This document shows positions 53,301 through 64,000 of a stretch of DNA of 64,000 nucleotides, piece by piece. The position numbers were made by a program, and so were the translations under genes. The notes under the pieces were generated by a model that saw only the letters and a list, made by a program, of their open reading frames with translations, did not search any database and was not told the origin of the DNA. Positions within the stretch are counted from its first letter, which is position 1. Every line of letters begins with the position of its first letter. This DNA is from Antedon mediterranea (Eukaryota; Animalia; Echinodermata). Location: assembly GCF_964355755.1 (NCBI RefSeq), contig NC_092671.1, forward strand, positions 10,664,001-10,728,000, in the 5' to 3' direction.

Positions 53301-56300
53301 ATACTTACTGTACATACAGTAGTACTAAATAGTAAGGGAGTTTATTGCATACATTTTACAACATTGTCATATATACAGTACAGTATTATATACATGTCAT
53401 TATTACAGTATGGAACAGTAGGATAAATAATCAACATATTAATTATTTATTTGAACATCCCTCCTATTATACAATATTCCTAACTAACAACAGTAACAGT
53501 ACTGTATTTTGTAGCCACGGATAGTTCCTGCAAGCCAGCCAGTAGTGTTCATCTTAAGTAGTACCCTACTAAAAATCTTCAATTCATTCTTGTCCCCAGT
53601 AAAACTGTAGCCTACAGTAAACCTTACCGTGACATATCCAGCAATTAAATGCAACAGCTTTTAAAGTCAATATTTTTTTTCAGTTCTTACTATTCTTGGC
53701 TGTAGCCTATATTCTATAGACTGCTGTAGCCTTTATTCTTTGCATGATTCCAGTGTATTAATATGCATCCTTGAGCCAGTTTTTCTGGCGCCTACTTCTC
53801 TACAATGACACTCCCTTCAACCTTGATTTTGTACACTGTAAAACTAGCTGTTAAAATACAAGAAATCTTAAATGACCTCTTAGCTTAAGCTCTGTAATTA
53901 ATCATCAATCACCATTTTCTGTAATAAATGATAAATTTGTATTGAAACATGTAATGACAACAGATTTTGCTTTTTAAAATCTATCCAGTAGATACCATAT
54001 ACAGTATTACAGTATATTTGTGTATTTCAAGAAAACCTTATCGTAAATAATTAGTAAAATGTTTATTCAACATCAATAATTAAGAGATTTTTTTAAAATA
54101 CATTTGTGCATCTTTTCTAACAAATAATTTATTAAACTCAATCTAAAAACAAAACTGCTATAAAGCTAATTATTTACAGCTCATTAATTTACTATAGTAG
54201 CAATATTTCATCTGCTTAATATTATAGTATTGTACGCTGGATAATACGGTGACATTGTGTCTAATATCCATTGTTGGGTTAAATGATAATTATTGGTTAT
54301 TTAATGTAATGAAAAACCTTTAAGGGTATTCAACCCATACAGGTGTAACCAGCGAAAGAAATTAAACAAGAAATGGAGCTTAGCCGATGTTGTGTTTGCA
54401 TGTAGCTTCATTACACACAATCAATCGATCCGACATTAAATAGATCAATGAAAATGGTTTATTCAATGCAATGTGTACACTCACAAGTACAGTAAATACA
54501 TAATAGGAGATTTACATCGGTTGATATTTAAACAAATTGAATGAACTTGATACTTCAATCATAAAATAATAATTTCATTTGTTGATTTTAATTTATACAT
54601 TTATTAATCAATTTATACTAGCATTATCACATGTTAAGAGGTTGACATTAGTATAATATTTAAACAATTGTATTCAACCATAAAAATGTTTTAATATTGT
54701 TTATTTAATTACTCAGCTCTGGTATATACAAAAAAAAGTGTTCAGTTCAGTAAAAATTAATAAAAATATAGAATTTACAGATTTGTTATTAGTTAATGTA
54801 AATGTATTGAAAATATTTCTGATACAATAAACATGTAAAATATATTGATGTTTTATAGTAATTTAGCAGAATATTATTTATTAGCAGCTGTTAGAAATGT
54901 TTGTTATTTCTTTGATAATTCATGATAATGTACAGTATCACCCAGGTATCATCTGAAAATTTAATGTTATTGTTAGTATTTATAAATTCTGCAGCAAACA
55001 TGGTAATTAAGTCCATGTGTAATGTAATTCAGTATTGCATATAAAATACAGAATTGAGAGTTGTAATGCAGAAATGTTATATATTGTATATCAATTGAGT
55101 CACAGACATTTCATTCTCTTGTCTAAATGCTACATATTATCAACTGAGTTCATGTACAGGACAGTAAATGGCAATGTCCGTATATCGACATACGGTTCTA
55201 TATTTTCACAAAGAGATGGGGAAAAAATAAACCATGAATTTTATTTGAGACTCTTTTGTCTGTATTTTAGGATAGCAATGATAAGATTTTTTAAATATGT
55301 TACTGTATACTCATCTTCATACTATCTAAATATAATTGTTACATGCGTGAACTGTAAAATAAATGTTATTAATAATGTCATTGTATATATATATTTTTAT
55401 ATTTATATATACTGTATTTCATTAAACATGTTTTTTTCTTTTAATGTAGAATCTGCGGCACCTCCACCATACAGTGAAGTGGCGTGGGACTGGAAGGCAT
55501 TACAGCACACATCAAGTACGTATCATAAAATCATAAAATAATATATAATATACAGTAATCACAAAAATGATCGAGTTACTTATTAAGCTCAGCAATTTCT
55601 TCATTATCACCATGTTGTTAGGCATGATATACTGTACCCAGTTTTAAACATTTTTTTGCAAAAATACTGGTACTGTTCATTTCAACAAATTTACAGTGCT
55701 TTGTTGCTTAATTAAAATTGTTTCAATATAAAATTTAATGACAAAAAGAGAGATCGACGTTTCAGTACAATCATAGAACCATTTTCAAGATCAAGTGAAT
55801 ACAAAACAATAATAATTATGTGCACTAAGCACCAAAATTGTGTTCTATTTTATGCCTGGTAGGTCCTGGTTGAATATCAACTCCACATACATACTGTACC
55901 ACTTCCTGTTTACAATCAATTACATTATGTCTCTTTTCTAATTATCCATTTACAATATTTAGAATTGAGTACTGTATTAGTAAATTGCTTTTAAGCTTTT
56001 ATACACTATCAAACTATAGAAGTTTGTAAAGTGTAATGTGCCCAAATATGGTAGTTATATGCTTAAATATGGTTGTGATATGCTTAAATATGGTAGTGAT
56101 ATGACATCATCATGTCCATATATGGGCACATCACATTTATTTGTTACATAACGTTTGATAGTGTAGACAGACCTTTACCTTGTAATTATTATAAATGATG
56201 AGGATGTGGGACATGATAGTAAGTTATGAAATATTTGTGTTATTTCAGAATTACTGCCAATTAGAACAAGCAGTACAGAAACAGGAAACACACCCACCTC

Positions 56301-59300
56301 AAGGCTCAACCATTGGCCCCCTTCAGGTAAATTGAAACTTTGATTATTTTATTCATATTTTGTTAGAAAGATGTTTTGATGAACATATTGATTTGATTTA
56401 TTTCGATGCCATACATAATAAAACAGAAAAACAAACAAAAAACGCAATCATTAGTACCCAGGGATACACCTAGCTCTCTAAATCTCCGAAGGGATTTACA
56501 TCCTGAGGGGTCTTTTCAAACGTAAAAACAATTTACGCCTTCAGACAAAATAAAATTGATAAAGTTTGGCTGCAATGAGATCTTTATAAACCCTGTTTTG
56601 TAAGAAAAACGTTCTTCTGATGTTTTTCAATAAAAATATGCCCTATGTACAGTAGTTTCCTTGAATTTAGGGGTGGGTTTACACAGAGGGGGAATTGTAA
56701 ATCATACTATGGTAGTGAAAGTGACAAGTTAAGATAACACAGAAGGAGTATAAAACCATTGTTTATTTATGCCACATTCTTCTGGCAATCAAGGCTTTAC
56801 TTAATGCAAGGCTTTACTTAATGGAAAGCAACTTTGAATTCTTGTTAACTTCAAAAGGAGGTACAAGATAGGTTTGTACATACATTGGTCAAACAAATTT
56901 GGTAGTAAAAAAAAAATGAGACTAATAATATTATGTGATTTTGTCACACGCCTACTGTTGTACTGTGCACCACACCTTATCGCTCACTACTGTATACAGC
57001 ATGTGCAGTACTGTACACAATGCCCCACCCACCCCTTTCTATTGTAAACCCAGTATTATATTAGAATTGTTCTTATCCAGTATTGTATTTAACAAAGCAA
57101 TTTGACCCTTTTGTATTAAGAATGATGAGTTGACCTTTGAACTGAGGAGAATGATTTTAAAATTATGTATTAATAATGAAAGGTGGTGGTTTTTAAAATG
57201 AGATTGATCTGGTAAATTTATTAATTTTTTCCAAAGTAAATCCTTTTCAATGTGTTTTTTTTCTGGTTTACAGAATACAGTTAGTGTAAATATAAACAAA
57301 AAAATTGTTCAAATTAATTTCTTCTACAATAAAATACCTACTGTACTAGGTGGTCTCAATTGTAGTTGATAATTTTAAAATTAAATTAAAAATTGAATGA
57401 AATGTGTTTGTACTTTAACATTTGTACTTTAACATTTGTACAGTAATTTTATCTAAAAAATGTATCTATTGGTAGTGAAGAAATTGAATATTAAAAGTGT
57501 AGTTAAGCGAAACAGGATGACGAGGTAGACGACCTACTCTTGGCCAGTTCACCTTCAACCTATTAAAACAGTTTAGGTAGGATAACTGTCGCCTGCTATT
57601 CACATCAAAAAACAGAAAAGCAGTTGTTTTTGGTTCTGTCTATTTCAATCAAACTTCCTATTATGCTTAAAGAAAAAGGCCATTCTATGGTGGTTTTGCA
57701 TCATTGCCTTATTTTCAAGTTGTGTTATAGTTAATTTTTTCCTTTAGTAGAATTTTTGTGGCAAGTTTTATAAAGGTTTTTGCATGGTGTGGTCCTCAAG
57801 AACTTGCTGATTTGATCAGCTAAGAAATTATCATAACTTTGGCCGTGGGGGAAATAAAGCGACAGAGAAACACAGCAGGAGATTGAGAGATGAGGAAATT
57901 AAATTTAGTCAAGAAGATTTCTTATTGAACCAAATATCTAGAAGTAACATTTGATAGGCTAAGAAAGAACTTAAAAACACAAATATTTATTAATAAAAAA
58001 TAATGTTTGATATAGAATATTGTGGAAATTAATTTATCCTTACTGAGTGTAGTCTGTGTGGATTGTAAGTTTGATTTGACAAATGATATCTTCAACTGTG
58101 CAAATCGCCATAGTGTTTTAACAAGCCTGAATTTTATGATAATATCCTGAAAAGTCATTGACATATTAATATGAAAGGAAAAATACAATATCATCTTCTA
58201 TAATAGATATATTACTCAGTTTAAGGGTATAAATAAAATGAATGACTGTTAGCTGTGACTTTGATTTGGTGACGAACGTATGGAGAAAAACAATTAATTA
58301 AGCAAAATAGAGGAAATGTTGAAGGCTGTTAACCCCATTTGGGTCCTGGTTCAAGTTTTACTCTTCACTAATTTGTCAAGAATAATATGTACTTGTAAAT
58401 GTTCTAAAAACCGATTCAAAATTAGGATATGATTAAGCAATAAGGGCTCCATGATGAATTAAGCCTAAATTTAGAAAAGTATAATTGATAACCAAGACAA
58501 GAAAGGAAATTAGAGAGGAGTCGGTGTGAATAAACGAAAGAAGAGGAGGAGTGATTGCCTGTCAACGTTTGAGTATTCCAATACCCTAAAACTAATCCAA
58601 GGCTCCTGCTTGCCTATTTAGCTAATGACTGTCCACTCTTAAAGCATCCATTTGTCAAGCAAGAATGCTATCATTTGAGTGAAAATACAGTACACAGTGG
58701 GCTGGTTGTGCAAGTTGTGATAAACGCTTCTGGCATATAGTGAACTTCTTAGTTCTTGTAATAATTACCACAATTTCATGACAGTCTGGCAACCTTTTGT
58801 ACACTGCATTTTGTTTGAATACAATGTTTTCATACAGGTCAAAAAGAAAGATTTCTTGTACAGTTAATAATGTACTGTCAATATACAAATTGAGATTGGA
58901 GTGTGTACATTAAAATCTACAGTAAAATGATAAAAGTTGAAGATTTAACAATTGGACAGGGTGCAATGCAGCTGCTTAAAGAATAGATTTGCTCCCCACA
59001 CACTCTACTTTAATGAGTTACTCAGTTATATACACTGTCAGGCTTTATTATCATCATTTTTCCAATTTTGGTGGCCTAAATTGCCTTTTTTATATTACAA
59101 GTTAGTTTCTTTCATTCAATAGGGGCCAACAACTGTTATATCCAAAGGCAGAGTTTCATGTTTAAACCTTTGGGACTTTCTACTTAATGGTGGTGAGGTT
59201 TGCTCCATAAATTGATGGAGAATAGTTAAGAGGGAGGTGGCAGGTGTTCAGATACTTCAAGAGGAACAGGTGTGATTATGAATGATGATGCCAAGGCCCT

Positions 59301-62300
59301 CTCCTCCCTAGTCTGGCTGGCTGGCTGGCCTCTTCCTTCAGACTGGCTTCCTATTTATACATTCTTGAGAACATTAGCTGGCTTATTTATTCATCTATGT
59401 TTTAAATAAAACACTTCTAAAATTGCCTTGAACATTTTTAACAAAATTGGTCTGAATTATTGAAATGATCCCATATTAGTATTACTACCAGTGCCGGCGG
59501 ATGTTGCAGTAAGTGGGTATAATGCATTACCAAAAATATGAACAATACTACACAGAAATGTGATGAACTTGATCACACATGCCTATATAAAATGGTTGTA
59601 TTGTACCGCATTTTGCCAATTAACAATCTGAAAAAAATGCCAATTTCTACAGTATGCAAGAAATGAACAAAATTAATAAAAAGAATTACTTTAGTGGAAA
59701 ACTTAATTTTGTTTGGGTACTTTTATTAAGGTTTTTTTGATACATTATGATTGCCATGAACACAAACCATATTCCTTTGTTAGTTTTATTCAAAAGGTAT
59801 TTAGTAGTGAGTACAATACTACAAAGTGATAGACAGGGCGATAGACCTTAGCTACTGTGTCTTAACAATGCATTAAGTAGCAAAACAATAGAAACATAGA
59901 CTGTAGGTCTGTCTCCAAAACTATTGAGCTTAGTGTGTGAGATTTTCAATACAGTTTCTTTTCTTGGTACTAGATACCACTTGAGCTGTTGTTTTGTAAT
60001 GGGTCTTTTCTTAGCCCGCATTTTTGTTGGATTATCTAGATTCACTGGAGCCATTTACTAGTTAAGTATACAATAAACACTGAAATGTTAGGCCCTTACT
60101 AGTTTAGGCCAACTATTGATACCAGCTCCTTCAAGCACTTGTGCTGTCTATTTGACGTCATTCCAAACGCATAGCCACATTTTTACAGGGCCCAGAAATT
60201 TTGTATACTAAGGCCATCATAAACAACAGTTTTTTCTGATTGTCCTTTTTTTTATCGTTCCTTTATAGATATTATCTTTGTCCAATAACAATCATTTACT
60301 ATTTAAAAAAATGTGTATACAGTACCGCAAAAAAATAATAAATAAATAAAAATCAAAGAACTCAATTTATCATAAAAATTGTATCATTTTTGGATCCAAA
60401 GATATATTTCATAGTTTCAAATATTTTGATCCTGATAGTATATACAATTACAAATAATGGCGTTGACGTTAATCTCAGTTGGTTTGCTAATAAAAAATTG
60501 GTTGGTGACATACCATGTTGTATGATTTAGGGCTGGGAATTAATTTATATAAAGTCAAGGTCTTTATTGACGAGAGTTTATTAAAATTGGTCCACGTTCG
60601 TTAAAGGGTCTTGTGTTTTTCTAAGAAGCAAGATGCGTAAAAAACTATAAAGAAAGAAAGAGCAGAAATGGGAAATGACTTCACAGGCGGTCTTTGATAA
60701 TTACAAATGATTGTAGGTGGTGGGCCTTAGTTGTACGTAGCCCTGGACCAAGGCGGACTTGCGTGCTACCAGTTCTTGATCAGACTGGCAGCAGGGAGTG
60801 GAGACATTAGCTCCTGGAATCAATTATCCACCAGGCCTCCATTGGGCTGTGAAAAGGAGCCTAGCTGGAGAAAAGCAGTAAGATTGGGTTGGGATGTAAT
60901 GCAAAAGAACATATCCCTACTGAATACTTTTAGGGGTCAATATTTAACTACAATCTATCTAACCCTTCGTGCATTCTAGTATTCATACTACAGCAGTTCT
61001 GATCTTCCTGTAATGATAATCCATACAAAAAATAAATAAATGTAAAGTCCTACTATTGAAGCTTACTGTATACATATTAATTTATTTAAAGTGGTTTAGT
61101 CATTAATTCTGTAGAAGCTCTGTCTCCATCAGTCTACAGTTGGAGGTCACTTCGGCACCACATGCCAATACCTACATGACTTGCTATATGAGATTGCAAT
61201 TATTCATCGTCTAATTATTATTATTTGTTTTATAATTAGAAAACTTATCCCATCCTTAAATATTAAAAAAACATTTATATGGAAATTCATTTGTATTTGT
61301 TATAATAGTTACATAATGTAATATAATAATTGTGGGTGAATTCTCAACACATTTTATAAATATTTTGAAAGTGTATTACTTAACCTGCCATCAGACCAAT
61401 ACAGTACCAATTCTGGACACCCTTGAGCTGTGTTTTTAAATTATAATGGAAAAATGTATTTGAGACCTTTTGGACCGTAAGAAAAGTCTGGTTTTGGGAG
61501 AGTTTCTGGTTTTGGGAGTGTGCGGTATTAATCAATAGAATATTGTGAACAAATATGCCCAGTGAGTCCTGTCTATCTCTCCGCAGCAATAGTCTCGTGT
61601 CAAAATAGAATTCACTTTTTATTTTGATATGGCGCCAATTCTATAGAAATCGTAACATACAATGCATTCTTCTATTGAAAATGGTAATCTAGAGATGGGT
61701 AATAAAATGCTGACATATTTTGTGATGCAAAGTTAAACCTCTTCTCTCCCTTTGAATTGTAGCAAGGTATGAATACAGTTATTGTTATTTGAACCCACTT
61801 TGGTGGATAAAATGCTTAGCTTTTATTCTCTATATCACAATAGCTAAACAATGAACAGGAAGCAATATATCTTTAGGTTTATTTTTATTATTAATACCTT
61901 GTGAATAGATTGCCTATTTAACTGCTATTAATGACAAAATTGTATTTGTTTTATCTCAAAATGACGTACTTAAATGTTGCGATACTTATTAATAGCTTAT
62001 GATGTAGCTACATTTATAGTACGGTACTTGGTGAATTAGAATTTAGGTTTCATAGCAGTATAAGTGATTATTAAGAGGGTCCTATTATAAAGCTCTGTCT
62101 AGTGTGATGTGCCCAAATATGGTAGTGATATGACATCATCATGTCCATATATTGGCACATCAAGTTTTTGTCACATAAAGTTTGATAGTGTAGACAGAGC
62201 TTAAGACGGTATGGTACATTAACAGTAACATTTGTCCAATGCAACTTCCACTTAATAGTAAATTTAACCCCATCGTAATATGCATCGCAATAGCGGCTTG

Positions 62301-64000
62301 TAAATATGCTACAATTTCAGTTCAAATATTGGGTTCTTTATTGAAGTGAGCAAAGTTTAAGTATTATATATATATAATGTAGCGTTATGTTTGAACAGTA
62401 GAATATAGTGGATGTTTGTTTAAACCATCACCCCTCTATATGTGTAATCTACGCTTGTTCTTGAAAGTAAATAAAGCACTTGACTATCCAATACCGTAGT
62501 CCACTATTCAATCAAAATGAGTTATTATGAAATTCTTAACAAAACCTGATACTATTAAATGTATAGTCAGCAAAAATAGTACTTTTTAAATTTGGTAAAA
62601 CATATTGGCCCAAGAAAATAGGTGGGGGGGGGGGAGAGGTGCAACACTGGGCCAACCTCTGTGTCACTGGATCTACCACAATTGAGATATCATGGTGGTA
62701 CAATACATTATGACTACCATGTTACTGTATTGTAAGTAGTGAGATACAGTAGGGGTATACAGTAGTACAGTAGTATGAAATTCCATCTAAGTTCTCTGTT
62801 ATTTGCAATATACAAATATGTTTTAAATTGTTGTGGTGGCATTTGTAGGTTGTTATATACCACCTGTGTTACATTTAATGCTAAATATAATCAGACCTTC
62901 TACTCTTTAGTTGCACAGTGCAAAGGAATATACTGTATATACTGGTGCCCTAAGTTAGTTTCCAAGCATATCTATACCACTCTGTACTTTTTGGTATTTC
63001 AAACTTTTTTTAACCGAAAATGCCAACATTCCAGTTTAGGTTAGATGTCAACATGTTAAAGTCTTTAGATCTGCTTATACTTTATTCATAGGGTGCGTTG
63101 GGGTGTGGGTGTGGGGGGGGGGGGGGGAGGAAGGGAACCAATAAGTGTCTGTGAAAAAGATTTAAAGTTCCATACATTAAGCAATGTTAGTAATACCTAC
63201 TTTGCTTTAATCATTGGGTTAAAAATATATTTGGCTGTCATGACCTTTTCTTTAGCTCGAAAATTAACAATTTTCAATGTATGTCATTCATTTGTTTGTT
63301 GGTAATGTTAGTGTAATAAATCCGATGATAACCTACAGAACACTGTAGACTTTTTTATTTATGTATACAGTACTGTATATGCCTTTAAATTATGTCATCA
63401 TATTATAAGGTTTTTGATCTTGATAAATGATATTCTACTTGCCAAAACAAAATTAAATCAACTGTTTTAGGCTGGCGGCCTTGACTTGTGATAGGAACAT
63501 GGGAGCCAAAAGAATATGCTAATTATTATATCCTTCTAAGCTACTTAAAATATTGAGGTTTTGGGATTTCATTTCTATTTTTATATAATGGATTTATACA
63601 TTAAATTTTGCTATCAAATATACTGTTTTGAATTGGTAATAAAAAATAGTGTACTTCTTTTAAATTGAAGTCTCTGTTGGTTTCATTTAATGTTTAAGAA
63701 AATAAATGTTTAATATTCTGTATGTATACAAAATATACATTTTTATCCATGGTGAATTATTTGCAGGGAAATATGAATTTGTTTAATTTTAAATTTTGTT
63801 TCAATAAAATAATTAAATTAAAAAAACACAATTGTTAATTTGAAAACAACTTGAATTGAAAGGATATTATTTTTGGGTGTTCTCCAATTTTTTGTACAAC
63901 GCGATAAACAAGTTTGATTCTTTGATTTTTTTATATAGACGCATCAGGAGTGGATGGAGAAGCAATGAATCCATGGTGTAGTATTGCCTACTGGGAGAAT
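47318..64000 (+). CDS. SMAD6: Inhibitory Smad (Smad6/7), 3'-partial
   Basis: Exons 47318-47759 (MFRSKRSNYVRRLW...LKRLKEKQLELLLEAVES...LFRWPDL...VCCNPYHLSRL), 55450-55515 (PPPY motif), 56249-56326 (STETG) and 63939-end (MH2 start WCSIAYWE). Four-exon layout like vertebrate SMAD6/SMAD7; probably the pro-orthologue of both. Confidence 0.94.
55994..56174. mobile_element. MITE family A copy (Smad intron 2)
   Basis: TTA|AGCTTTTATACACTATCAAACT...TTTGATAGTGTAGACAGACCT|TTA with internal AAATATGG repeats. Confidence 0.83.
62091..62201. mobile_element. MITE family A copy with internal deletion (Smad intron 3)
   Basis: TAA|AGCTCTGTCTA...TTTGATAGTGTAGACAGAGCT|TAA. Confidence 0.83.

Noticed and set aside
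55035-55541. 168-aa ORF in the track
   Set aside because: Mostly AT-rich intron in frame by chance with the 66-bp Smad exon 2 (55450-55515).

Overview
AT-rich, intron-rich animal genomic DNA, probably a marine invertebrate deuterostome (inferred from the vertebrate-like exon structures and a Deu/Nin-type SINE). Six spliced protein-coding genes lie in tandem on the + strand: the 3' part of MyD88 (TIR domain), two tandem long-chain acyl-CoA dehydrogenase (ACADL-like) paralogues, Golgi alpha-mannosidase II (22 exons), dymeclin (14 coding exons), and an inhibitory Smad (Smad6/7) that runs off the window end. Introns and spacers carry LINE fragments, tRNA-derived SINEs and several non-autonomous DNA transposon families. 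Most notable observations: (1) both ACADL copies keep intact frames and the catalytic Glu but have lost conserved C-terminal FAD-binding motifs; (2) the ACADL duplication also copied the mannosidase promoter/5'UTR; (3) the Smad6/7 promoter has a GTCTAGAC + CACGTG module like vertebrate SMAD7, in the same DYM->SMAD order; (4) a SINE head supplies part of a splice donor; (5) TACAGTA/TACTGTA motifs resembling transposon footprints are strongly enriched in the Smad introns. All exon models and motif counts were made by eye, and comparisons to vertebrate proteins are from memory.
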